DNA from: Clostridia bacterium
GTDB taxonomy: Bacteria; Bacillota; Clostridia; Oscillospirales; SIG519
Length of the DNA stretch: 24,556 nt
Assembly (NCBI GenBank): GCA_036650995.1
Contig: JAVVYT010000003.1
Span: 1 to 24,556, forward strand
Direction of reading: 5' to 3'
In this document: positions 8,760-17,759 of the stretch, piece after piece
How the letters are laid out: every line of letters starts with the position of its first letter
How positions within the stretch are numbered: position 1 is the stretch's first letter
Position numbers and translations under genes: made by a program
Notes under the pieces: model-generated
The model's input: the letters and a program-made list of their open reading frames with translations, nothing else
Told to the model about the DNA's origin: nothing
Database searches by the model: none

Positions 8760-11000
8760 TTAGTCGTGCTGAGTTATGAGTCGTAATTCAACAGTTACAG
8801 TAGTTCCCGGGGTGACAGAAGAGCCAACAGCCGGGGCGCAACCGGCGACAATAAGCCCTGCTACGTTGTTACTTGATGAATATTTTACGTTAAGACCGGC
8901 ATTTACAAGGGCGGCATTTGCTTGCTCGGGACTCATACCGCTGATATTAGGAACAATAACAGAATCGGGAGGGGCGGCATTGTTTGTATAGAGCAAAACA
9001 GTACCTCCTGCCGGAATTCGTTGATTGTAGTTTGGTAATTGTTTTGTGATAGTTCCGACTCCGCCAGAGATTTTAGGGATTAATTTTGCTTTAGAGAGGA
9101 TACTTACAGCCTCTTCAGAAGATTTGCCAACAAGGTCGGGAACAACTGTTTCACGTTTTGCAAGCTCTTCTGCTGAGAATTTAGGCTCAATACCAAGGTA
9201 TGGAAGTGTGTCGGTAAGAACAGCTTTTACAAGAGGAGCTACAAGAGTACCACCTGATACAACAGGCACTTTCGGCTCGTCTAGAAGGATTAGAATTGCG
9301 ATTTTAGGGTCCTCCATCGGTGCTACTGCACAGAAAGATACAAGCCTTTTATCGGCAACTCCCTGCTCGTTTTTCTCGTCTATCTTCTCTGATGTACCAG
9401 TTTTACCACCTATGCGATATCCTGGAACTTGTGCGTTTCGTCCAGAGCCACCGGTTACAACCGATTCCATAAGGTCACAGACTGTTTTAGAAACACCCTC
9501 GGAAACCACTTGACGAACAACTTCTGGTGAAAAACTTTTTACAACAGATTGATTGCTATCGGTAATTTCACGTACCATTGTGGGTTTTATTAGTTTGCCA
9601 CCATTTACAGCGGCACATACAGCGGTAATCATCTGAATTGGGGTTACCTTTATATTTTGTCCAAAACTTTGAACAGCTAAATCGACGTTAGACATTGTAG
9701 AGGCTGGGAAAACGATACCTGCCGCCTCGCCTGGTAAATCAATGCCTGTTTTTTTGTTAAGACCAAAAGCTTTGGTGTATGCCCATGTTTTTTCAACACC
9801 AACTCTAAGTCCAACATTTATAAATACAGGGTTACAGGAGTTTTGAAAGCCTTTAACAAACGTTTCAGGTCCGTGTCCGGCACGTTTATCACATCGTATA
9901 GGTCTGTCCCATCCGTCAACCATTACACTACCTGAGCAGTTAAACTGATCGTTTAGTTTAACAACATTTTCTTCGAGTGCGTAAGCTGCGGTGAGGATTT
10001 TATATACAGATCCTGGCATATACATATCGTTTATAATTTTATTTCGCCACATCTCTTGAAGAGCGGTACTGGTGCCGTTTTTAAGCTCTTCGCCTTTGAG
10101 CGTTGATAGCATTTTTAAAACATTGGGATCGGTAATAGTGCGGGGTTCGTTTAGATTAAAATCGGGTTTTGTAGACATTGCAAGAATTTCACCGGTTGTA
10201 ACGTCCATAATAATTCCAGAAGCGCCTTTTTGAACATTGCTTTCTACAACTGCACGTTCAAGGGCTTTTTCAAGATAATGCTGAATGACTTCGTCAATGG
10301 TTAAATGAAGAGAAGAGCCGTCTTGAGGGGCAATATACATCTGATCATCAGTCGGCATAACGTTACCAACAGCATCGGTTGCGGTAATTATTCTGCCCGG
10401 TGTGCCACGAAGATACTCGTCATAATACTGCTCAAGTCCTGCAAGACCTTGATTGTCAGAGCCTGTAAAGCCAATTGCGTTTGAGGCAAAGTTGTTAAAA
10501 GGGTAGTAACGTTTTGGATCTTCTGCAACTGAAATTATTGAGCCATATTTATTTTCCTTGGCAAAAGCGAGGATAGCATCGGCTTTTTCTTGCTCAATGC
10601 GACGAGCAACAACATCGTAATAGGTTTTTTTGTTACACGAAGCTAGCAGATCTTCTTTTGGCGTTCCTAAGATTTCTGCTAGCTTTGTTGAAATTTTTTC
10701 TATTTTTTGTTCTCTGGTTTCGGTTTCACCGTCTTTTATTGATTGCGGATTTATATACACCATATACGCAGTAGCAGAAACAGCAAGCTCTTTTCCGTTG
10801 CGGTCATATATAGTTCCTCTTTTTGGTGCAATAGTTACATCTCTTGTCTGTTGCTCAATTGCTTTTTGCTGATATTTTTTATAATCTAAAACTTGTATCG
10901 AAAACAATTTAACTACCAGTAGTGAAAATCCTACAAATAGCAAAACAAGAGATACACCGAGCATTCGCCTATACATCGGCTTTGTAATTCCTTTGGCCAC
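8760..11000 (-). CDS. Class B penicillin-binding protein (FtsI/SpoVD-like) with two C-terminal PASTA domains
   Basis: N-terminal TM, RGTIYDRNG, RYYP, GLAGLE; catalytic SVYK, SCN and KTG motifs; VPDLVGKS and VPNISGMS PASTA repeats. GTG start follows AAAGGAGGT. ftsI versus spoVD cannot be resolved from sequence. Confidence 0.93.
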   Translation of the reverse strand: MAKGITKPMYRRMLGVSLVLLFVGFSLLVVKLFSIQVLDYKKYQQKAIEQQTRDVTIAPKRGTIYDRNGKELAVSATAYMVYINPQSIKDGETETREQKIEKISTKLAEILGTPKEDLLASCNKKTYYDVVARRIEQEKADAILAFAKENKYGSIISVAEDPKRYYPFNNFASNAIGFTGSDNQGLAGLEQYYDEYLRGTPGRIITATDAVGNVMPTDDQMYIAPQDGSSLHLTIDEVIQHYLEKALERAVVESNVQKGASGIIMDVTTGEILAMSTKPDFNLNEPRTITDPNVLKMLSTLKGEELKNGTSTALQEMWRNKIINDMYMPGSVYKILTAAYALEENVVKLNDQFNCSGSVMVDGWDRPIRCDKRAGHGPETFVKGFQNSCNPVFINVGLRVGVEKTWAYTKAFGLNKKTGIDLPGEAAGIVFPASTMSNVDLAVQSFGQNIKVTPIQMITAVCAAVNGGKLIKPTMVREITDSNQSVVKSFSPEVVRQVVSEGVSKTVCDLMESVVTGGSGRNAQVPGYRIGGKTGTSEKIDEKNEQGVADKRLVSFCAVAPMEDPKIAILILLDEPKVPVVSGGTLVAPLVKAVLTDTLPYLGIEPKFSAEELAKRETVVPDLVGKSSEEAVSILSKAKLIPKISGGVGTITKQLPNYNQRIPAGGTVLLYTNNAAPPDSVIVPNISGMSPEQANAALVNAGLNVKYSSSNNVAGLIVAGCAPAVGSSVTPGTTVTVELRLITQHD

Positions 11001-11049
11001 TCGATTACCTCCTTTAAAGTTTTGTGCCTATTCTATTTATAGTCAGAAA

Positions 11050-11490
11050 TTAATTTAAAAATTCCATAATTGTTGAGAAAGAACGACCTATTCCACTAAA
11101 AATTGAATTTTCTTCGTTTTTATAGGTGGTAATTTTGTTGTCTACATTTATATTTACATACTCTATCTGATATTTTTCAATCTTTGTAAGTCCTAGCTCT
11201 GTTTTTGCTCTAAGCTCGATCTCTTTAAGATTAGCTCTTTTGCTGATGTCAACATTTAGCTTTGTTAGCTGGTTTTGCATTTCAGAAAGAGTGTTTGTCT
11301 TTTCGATTTTTTGGTAGGCAAGCTCGGTTATGCTTGCGTCGTTGTATAGTTTAATGGATAGCAATGCAACAACAGCTACAAATAGTATTACTATTGATGG
11401 CTGTAAGTTAATGGTTTTGAAGATTTTAATATGGCGTCTTGGTTTTGCCTTTGCTTGCTCGTTTGATACGTTTAGAGTTCTTCTTTTCAT
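11050..11490 (-). CDS. ftsL: FtsL-like septal protein
   Basis: Lies between rsmH and the PBP; basic N-terminus, one TM helix, coiled coil, NLKEIELRAKTELGL resembling the FtsL pattern. Confidence 0.72.
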   Translation of the reverse strand: MKRRTLNVSNEQAKAKPRRHIKIFKTINLQPSIVILFVAVVALLSIKLYNDASITELAYQKIEKTNTLSEMQNQLTKLNVDISKRANLKEIELRAKTELGLTKIEKYQIEYVNINVDNKITTYKNEENSIFSGIGRSFSTIMEFLN

Positions 11491-11529
11491 TTTTTATAAA
11501 CTATCCTTTCTTATTTAAACAACCGATAT

Positions 11530-12459
11530 TTAAAGTTTTTTTGCAATTCTAAGCTTAGCACTTGAGCTGCGTTTGTTTGTTGAAAGCTCTTCTTCACTAG
11601 CTGTAATTGGTTTTTTAGTGATTAATTCAATTTTTGGGGTGTTGTGGCAGATGCAAACTGGTAGCTCTTTTGAGCAGATACACCCTTTTGCAAGCTCGTT
11701 TAATGCGATTTTTACTATTCTATCTTCAAGGGAATGAAAGCTTATTATTACTATCCTTGCATCTTTATTTAACACCGATACGATGTTTTCCATTAAAGTG
11801 CTGATGGCACTAAGCTCACCATTTACTTCAATTCTAAGTGCTTGAAATGTTTTTTTAGAGGGATGACGATTTTTCATAGCCGAAAAAGGCATTGAAGATT
11901 TTATAATCTCGGTAAGTTCAAAGGTGGTTTTAATCTTTTGCTCTTCTCGCTTTTTAACAATGTTTTTTGCAATGCTGTATGCGTATTTTTCTTCTCCGTA
12001 CTCGGAAATGACATTTGCTAGCTTTTGCAGGGGATACTCGTTTACTATATCAGCCGCTGTCTGCCCTTTATTAACATTCATTCGCATATCAAGCGGTGCG
12101 TCAAATCGGTAGGAAAATCCTCTTGTTGCGGTGTCTAGCTGATGAGATGAAACTCCTAAATCAAGAAGTATTCCATCTATTTTTTGAATTTCAAGACGAT
12201 CTAAAATATCGGGTAGGTTTTTGTAGTTGTCTTGAACGAAGATAATCTTGTCGTCAAATTCTGAGAGTCTTTGCTTTAAGGCGGCTATTGCCTCACTATC
12301 TCGGTCTATGCAGATAAGCTTGCCATTTTTAAGTTGTTTTGCAATTTCAAAGGAATGACCTCCGCCACCAGCCGTTCCGTCTACATATATACCATCTGGT
12401 TTTATGCAAAGTCCGCTTAAACATTCGTTTAATAGAACGGGTATGTGAGTAAAATTCAT
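11530..12459 (-). CDS. rsmH: 16S rRNA m4C1402 methyltransferase
   Basis: HIPVLLNE, VDGTAGGGGHS, LDLGVSSHQLD, PLDMRM, FQALRIEVN, ISFHSLEDRIVK, SSSAKLR. Confidence 0.98.
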   Translation of the reverse strand: MNFTHIPVLLNECLSGLCIKPDGIYVDGTAGGGGHSFEIAKQLKNGKLICIDRDSEAIAALKQRLSEFDDKIIFVQDNYKNLPDILDRLEIQKIDGILLDLGVSSHQLDTATRGFSYRFDAPLDMRMNVNKGQTAADIVNEYPLQKLANVISEYGEEKYAYSIAKNIVKKREEQKIKTTFELTEIIKSSMPFSAMKNRHPSKKTFQALRIEVNGELSAISTLMENIVSVLNKDARIVIISFHSLEDRIVKIALNELAKGCICSKELPVCICHNTPKIELITKKPITASEEELSTNKRSSSAKLRIAKKL

Positions 12460-12509
12460 TAATCTCTTCCTTTGATTTAGTTCTTAGCTTTAGTTTAGAA
12501 AATTATCTA

Positions 12510-12929
12510 TTAAAAACCAAGTTGTTCCATAACTTCGGCAATCCTGTCATTTGATAGTGCCTCGTTTTGTGAGTTCCACATATCACTGTTCCAAATCTCT
12601 GCTCTGTTTTGAGCGCCGATAACGGTAATGTCTTTGGTGAGGGATGCGTAATCACGTAATACTTGAGGTAATAAAATTCTTCCTTGCTTGTCTAGCTCTA
12701 CTTCAATTGCTCCTGAGAAGAAAAATCTTTGCAAATCACGTGCCTTAGAAAATGGTAATTCACGAATTTTTGCCTCAAGTGCTTTCCATTCATCAAAATG
12801 GAAAATAAATAAACAGTTATCAAGTCCTTTTGTAACGATAAAGGTATCTCCCAAATCTTCTCTAAACTTGGCAGGTACTATTAGTCTGCCTTTAATGTCT
12901 ATTGAGTGCTGATATTGTCCTATTAACAT
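12510..12929 (-). CDS. mraZ: Transcriptional regulator MraZ
   Basis: MLIGQYQHSIDIKGRLIVPAKFR, TKGLDNCL, ELDKQGRILLP, IGAQNRAEIW; strong RBS AAGGAGG. Confidence 0.98.
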   Translation of the reverse strand: MLIGQYQHSIDIKGRLIVPAKFREDLGDTFIVTKGLDNCLFIFHFDEWKALEAKIRELPFSKARDLQRFFFSGAIEVELDKQGRILLPQVLRDYASLTKDITVIGAQNRAEIWNSDMWNSQNEALSNDRIAEVMEQLGF

Positions 12930-12965
12930 ACTAATTTTACCTCCTTTTTTAGATTAGAAAGGGGA

Positions 12966-13010
12966 GTACTTTGTATCACTGTCTGCCACTTGATACCACT
13001 TTACTCCACT
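12966..13010 (-). promoter_or_regulatory. MraZ operator: 10-bp-periodic AGTGG direct repeats
   Basis: Plus-strand CCACT at 12986, 12996 and 13006, TCACT at 12976, GTACT at 12966 (exact 10-bp period), between the promoter and mraZ. Fits known GTGG-type MraZ boxes. Confidence 0.85.
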
Positions 13011-13018
13011 TTCCTATA

Positions 13019-13046
13019 ATTATACCAGTATTTTAGTAAAAATCAA
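13019..13046 (-). promoter_or_regulatory. sigmaA-type promoter of the dcw operon
   Basis: Minus strand TTGATT (13046-13041), 16 nt, then TATAAT (13024-13019) with an extended -10 TG. Confidence 0.75.
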
Positions 13047-13172
13047 GCTTTTTTCGAAAATATTTTAATTATTTTTCTTTTAGTTTCGATTTAGTAAAAA
13101 CAAACTATTTATTGTAAAAAAAGGAAGAAATTTACAGGGGAAAAAGGGATTTTCTTTATAAAAAAATAGTAT

Positions 13173-13211
13173 TTTACATAAACTTTACACAAAATATATT
13201 GTAACTATATT
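13173..13211 (+). promoter_or_regulatory. Pho box and candidate -10 of the pst operon
   Basis: TTTACA (13173) and TTTACA (13184) at 11-bp period match the Firmicute PhoP consensus TT(A/T/C)ACA. TATATT at 13206-13211 lies 16 nt downstream, so the box occupies the -35 position. Confidence 0.75.
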
Positions 13212-13277
13212 TTTAGGGGTTATACTTCGCTTGTAAGATAAAAAATATGTGAAAAAAGTAAAAGGAGATTAATTAGA

Positions 13278-14147
13278 ATGAAAAAAATAATGGCGGTTTT
13301 AGTGGCAGGGGTAATGTCGTTTACAATGTTCGTTGGTTGCGACAAGGTAGACGAGGCAAAAACCTTTGATGCTACAAAAGGGATAACAGTTATTTCACGT
13401 GAGCAAGGGTCAGGAACTAGAGGAGCTTTTATTGAGCTATTTAAAGTAGAAGTTAAAGACGGTAGCGGTAGTAAGCAAGACAAAACGACCGATGCGGCAA
13501 TTATCCAAAACAACACTGAAGGGGTAATTTCACAGGTTTCGGGAAATGAATATGCAATAGGCTACATTTCACTAGGCTCACTAAACGATACTGTTACAGC
13601 ACTTAAAATTGACGGAGTAGACGCTAGTGCGGCTAACGTTAAAAATGGTAGCTATAAAGTGTCTAGACCTTTTGAAATCATTACTAAAGGCGAAACATCA
13701 CCGGCTACAAAAGATTTTATAAACTACATTATGAGTAAAGACGGTCAAGCGGTCGTATCTAAAAGTTATATAGCAGCAAAAGACGATGCGGTAGCTTTTA
13801 CAAGCGATAAATCAGCAGGCAAAGTTGTAGTGGGTGGCTCGTCCTCAGTTTCACCAGTAATGGAAAAGCTAATCGAAAGCTACAAAACAGTAAATAGCAA
13901 TGTAACAGTAGAACTTCAGACAACAGATAGCGGAAGCGGGATAAAAAACGTTGGTGCATCGTATGATATCGGAATGTCCTCTCGTGAACTTACCGACGCT
14001 GAAAAAGAGGGAAAGACAGTAACAAAGCTTGCAATAGACGGAATAGCGGTAATTGTAAATAAAGTAAATACCACTAAAGACTTAAAAGCTGCTGATGTTA
14101 CAAAGATTTACACCGGTAATTCAGTAAAATGGAACGAGCTTGTATAG
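13278..14147 (+). CDS. pstS: Phosphate ABC transporter substrate-binding lipoprotein (halves in permuted order)
   Basis: Lipobox FVGC; SREQGSGTRGAF, IGYISLG, GSSSVSPVMEKL, DIGMSSRE, AIDGIAVIVN; operon context. Confidence 0.93.
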   Translation: MKKIMAVLVAGVMSFTMFVGCDKVDEAKTFDATKGITVISREQGSGTRGAFIELFKVEVKDGSGSKQDKTTDAAIIQNNTEGVISQVSGNEYAIGYISLGSLNDTVTALKIDGVDASAANVKNGSYKVSRPFEIITKGETSPATKDFINYIMSKDGQAVVSKSYIAAKDDAVAFTSDKSAGKVVVGGSSSVSPVMEKLIESYKTVNSNVTVELQTTDSGSGIKNVGASYDIGMSSRELTDAEKEGKTVTKLAIDGIAVIVNKVNTTKDLKAADVTKIYTGNSVKWNELV

Positions 14148-14167
14148 CTTTATAAAATAAAATAAAA

Positions 14168-14207
14168 CATCAGCTTAAAGGGTATGAAAAATCCCTTTAA
14201 GTTGATG
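14168..14207 (+). terminator. pstS-pstC intergenic hairpin (partial terminator or mRNA stabiliser)
   Basis: CATCAGCTTAAAGGG / CCCTTTAAGTTGATG: 15-bp stem with one G-U pair, 10-nt loop, only a weak U tail. Confidence 0.7.
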
Positions 14208-14356
14208 CAGTTTATAGGATATAGCAACTTTTTAGCACCTTTAAAACTCGGCAAGGCATCTAATTTAGAAGATTTTGTAATGCAGGATAAAAATTAAATG
14301 CAAAGTAAAATAAAAAGTTTAAATTGCTATAAAAAAGAGGAAAGGAATGATTATTT

Positions 14357-15223
14357 TTGAATAAAGCAAAGCTACTCGATAAAATTATGACAGCTGTGTT
14401 TTTCATCTGCGCATGTGCATCTATTATTGCGGTTGCGCTAATTTGTATTTTTATGTTTTATAATGGTCTACCACCAATAATTGAGATAGGGCTTGGTAAT
14501 TTCTTAGGTGGAACAGCGTGGAAACCTATGGACGTGCCGGCATCGTACGGTATTTTTCCGATGATAGTAGGCTCACTTTATGTAACAGCAGGGGCTATTA
14601 TTATAGGTGTTCCGATAGGGCTTTTTTCAGCTACTTTTATGGCGAAATTTTGTCCTAACTGGCTTCATAAAATTTTAAAACCGATTGTAAATTTACTAGC
14701 AGGAATTCCGTCAGTTGTGTATGGATTTTTTGGAATTAGAATGTTAGTACCGTTTATTAGAAACACCTTTGGAGGCACTGGTAATAGTATTTTAACAGCA
14801 TCTATTTTGCTTGGAATTATGATATTGCCGACTATAATTTCACTTAGTGAAGAGGCGATAAGATCGGTACCTGATAGCTATTATGAGGGGGCGGTATCGC
14901 TTGGAGCTACGCACGAGAGAGCCACAATAAAGGTAATGCTACCGGCGGCAAAATCTGGAATTTTTGCGTCAATCGTTTTAGGAATAGGAAGAGCAATTGG
15001 CGAAACGATGGCAGTTATATGGGTCGCAGGTAATCAGGCAGTAGTTCCGGACGGGATTTTGTCAGGAGTGCGAACATTAACATCAAACATCGTGCTTGAA
15101 ATGGGTTATGCCGAGGGTCTACATAGCGAGGCACTAATTGCTACCGGTGTTGTACTCTTTGTGTTTATCCTTATTTTAAACACCTGCTTTTCAATTTTAA
15201 ATAGTAGGGGGCGTAAAACCTAA
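14357..15223 (+). CDS. pstC: Phosphate ABC transporter permease PstC
   Basis: YGIFPMIVGSLYVT, LAGIPSVVYGFFG, EAA loop (SYYEGAVSLGAT), RAIGETMAV. TTG start; TAA overlaps the pstA ATG. Confidence 0.96.
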   Translation: MNKAKLLDKIMTAVFFICACASIIAVALICIFMFYNGLPPIIEIGLGNFLGGTAWKPMDVPASYGIFPMIVGSLYVTAGAIIIGVPIGLFSATFMAKFCPNWLHKILKPIVNLLAGIPSVVYGFFGIRMLVPFIRNTFGGTGNSILTASILLGIMILPTIISLSEEAIRSVPDSYYEGAVSLGATHERATIKVMLPAAKSGIFASIVLGIGRAIGETMAVIWVAGNQAVVPDGILSGVRTLTSNIVLEMGYAEGLHSEALIATGVVLFVFILILNTCFSILNSRGRKT

Positions 15224-16110
15224 TGAAAAATAAAAAACACGTAGACGAGTTCATAAATAAACTTTCTATAAGAGATAGGATAGCGACATATAAGAAAAAC
15301 CCTGTTTCATTTATCATTTTTATTCTTGTAATACTAGCAATTTCAGCAACTATAATATCCCTAGTTTTTATAATAGGGTATATTCTAATAAATGGCGTTC
15401 CATATCTTACACCATCACTTTTTTCATTTAACTATACAAGCGAAAACTCCTCTTTAATGCCGGCACTTGTGACTACTTTTTATATGGTCGGGTTATCGCT
15501 ACTCATTGCAGTTCCTATCGGTATTTTTTGTGCGGTGTATCTCGTTGAGTATGCAAAACGCAATAATCGCCTTGTAAAATACATCAGGATAACCACCGAA
15601 ACGCTTGCCGGAATTCCCTCTATTGTTTATGGACTTTTTGGAATGTTGTTTTTTGTTACAACGCTAGGGTGGAAATTTTCGCTACTATCGGGAGCATTTA
15701 CAGTGTCGATTATGATACTACCACTTATTATTCGTTCAACAGAAGAGGCATTAAAAGCTGTCCCGGATTCGTATCGTGAGGGTGCATATGGCTTAGGTGC
15801 TACAAGATTACGCACAGTGTTTGGCGTTGTAATGCCGTCAGCTATCCCCGGAATATTGGCAGGAGTTATTCTAGCAGTTGGCAGAATTATAGGAGAAACA
15901 GCGGCACTTATCTACACAGCCGGAACGGTGGCTAAAATCCCGTCATCGGTATTTGAATCGGGCAGAACATTAGCTACGCATATGTACGTTTTAGCAAGCG
16001 AGGGTTTAAAAACAAAGCAAGCATATGCAACCGCCGTAGTACTTTTAATCCTTATTGTAGTTTTAAATGCTTTAGCTTCGTTTATTGCAAAGAAACTAAC
16101 AAAAAAATAA
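15223..16110 (+). CDS. pstA: Phosphate ABC transporter permease PstA
   Basis: AVYLVEYA, LAGIPSIVYGLFG, TEEALKAVPDSYREGAYGLGAT, RIIGETAAL. Confidence 0.96.
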   Translation: MKNKKHVDEFINKLSIRDRIATYKKNPVSFIIFILVILAISATIISLVFIIGYILINGVPYLTPSLFSFNYTSENSSLMPALVTTFYMVGLSLLIAVPIGIFCAVYLVEYAKRNNRLVKYIRITTETLAGIPSIVYGLFGMLFFVTTLGWKFSLLSGAFTVSIMILPLIIRSTEEALKAVPDSYREGAYGLGATRLRTVFGVVMPSAIPGILAGVILAVGRIIGETAALIYTAGTVAKIPSSVFESGRTLATHMYVLASEGLKTKQAYATAVVLLILIVVLNALASFIAKKLTKK

Positions 16111-16145
16111 ATTAGTTTATAAAAATAGAAAGGTTGAATATAATA

Positions 16146-16904
16146 ATGGAAAATGATATAATAATTGATGTAAAGAACTTGAATTTATTTTATAATGATT
16201 TTCAAGCACTTCATAACATAGACATAGCAATAAAGAGAAAGCAGATAACAGCATTTATAGGTCCGTCAGGGTGCGGTAAATCCACTCTTTTAAAATCCCT
16301 TAATCGTATGAATGATTTAGTTGAGGGGTGTCATATTAAAGGGCAGGTGCTACTAGACGGGGCAGATATTTATAAAAACTACGAGCTAACCGAGCTTCGT
16401 AAAAAAGTCGGTATGGTGTTTCAAAAGCCGAACCCGTTTCCAATGAGTGTGTATGATAATATTGCGTTTGGTCCACGTACGCACGGAATTAAAAGCAAGG
16501 CAAAGCTAGATGAAATAGTAGAAAAAAGCCTTATAAACGCATCAATTTGGGACGAGGTTAAAGACCGCCTTAAAAAAAGTGCGTTAGGGTTATCGGGTGG
16601 GCAACAGCAAAGACTTTGCATAGCAAGGGCGCTTGCGGTAAACCCTGAAGTTATTTTACTAGATGAGCCGACTAGTGCGTTAGACCCTATTTCAACCCTT
16701 AAAATTGAGGATCTATTAATGGAACTCAAAAAGATATATACGATAGTTATAGTAACACATAATATGCAGCAAGCAACTAGAATTTCAGACGAAACAGCGT
16801 TTTTCCTAATGGGCGAGGTGCTAGAATTTGCAAATACCGAAAAACTGTTTGCTATGCCTCAAAACAAGAAAACAGAAGAGTACATTACCGGCAGGTTTGG
16901 ATAA
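16146..16904 (+). CDS. pstB: Phosphate ABC transporter ATPase PstB
   Basis: [58 protein letters not shown] at 16146 chosen; TTG at 16134 is the alternative. Confidence 0.97.
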   Translation: MENDIIIDVKNLNLFYNDFQALHNIDIAIKRKQITAFIGPSGCGKSTLLKSLNRMNDLVEGCHIKGQVLLDGADIYKNYELTELRKKVGMVFQKPNPFPMSVYDNIAFGPRTHGIKSKAKLDEIVEKSLINASIWDEVKDRLKKSALGLSGGQQQRLCIARALAVNPEVILLDEPTSALDPISTLKIEDLLMELKKIYTIVIVTHNMQQATRISDETAFFLMGEVLEFANTEKLFAMPQNKKTEEYITGRFG

Positions 16905-16936
16905 AGATAAGCGATTAAAGAAAGGGTGGATATTTT

Positions 16937-17593
16937 ATGAGAAACAGATTTGAAACAGAATTATCAGAGCTAAATTTAGAGCTTGTTAAAATGGGCAGTC
17001 AGATAGAAAATGCAATTGACTGTGCGGTGCTATCCCTTGTTAACAAAGACGAGGAGATGGCAGATAAAGCAATCAATATTGACCTTGGAATAGATAAGAC
17101 AGAGAGGGATATAGAACGTCATTGTTTAAGGCTTTTACTTCAGCAACAACCAGTAGCTAGAGATTTAAGGCAGATAAGCACAGCCCTTAAAATGATTACC
17201 GATATGGAAAGAATAGGGGATCAGGCGAGCGATATTGCACTTTTAGCAAAGAGGATAATGAAAGAGCCTTACTTAAAGACACTAGAGATTATCCCGATTA
17301 TGGCAAATAAAACTAAAGAAATGGTTAAAAGTAGCGTAGATGCTTATGTAAATTCTGATGAAGAGCTAGCTAAGGCGGCTATCTTAAAAGACGACGAGAT
17401 AGACGAACTTTTTGTTACAATCAGAAACGAGCTTGTAGAACTTATAATTAAAGATAAAAACGCAAGCGACCTTGCAATGGACTTGCTTATGATAGCAAAA
17501 TACTTTGAACGTATCGGTGACCACGCAGAAAATATAGCAGAATGGGTTATCTTTAGCATTACAGGAGTCCATAAAAACCATACTATTATATAA
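16937..17593 (+). CDS. phoU: Phosphate signalling/transport regulator PhoU
   Basis: LQQQPVARDLR; two ERIGD motifs (DMERIGDQA, ERIGDHAENI). Confidence 0.97.
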   Translation: MRNRFETELSELNLELVKMGSQIENAIDCAVLSLVNKDEEMADKAINIDLGIDKTERDIERHCLRLLLQQQPVARDLRQISTALKMITDMERIGDQASDIALLAKRIMKEPYLKTLEIIPIMANKTKEMVKSSVDAYVNSDEELAKAAILKDDEIDELFVTIRNELVELIIKDKNASDLAMDLLMIAKYFERIGDHAENIAEWVIFSITGVHKNHTII

Positions 17594-17600
17594 ATTTTAA

Positions 17601-17718
17601 TAAAAAGTACGTTTTGAAAAAACAGCTTTAAAGGTACATTAAAAAATAGTTTTCGGGAGATTAAAAGTAACATTTTTAAAAGTAACATTAAAATAAGCAT
17701 TTTTAAAAAGTAACGTTT
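17601..17718 (+). repeat. Degenerate ~14-15-bp direct repeats (AAAAGTAACATT family)
   Basis: Exact TTAAAAGTAACATT at 17661 and 17676; variants at 17601, 17629, 17690 and 17704. Confidence 0.7.
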
Positions 17719-17759
17719 TAATTAGAAACTAAAAAACTTTAAAAGGGAGGAGGATTAAT

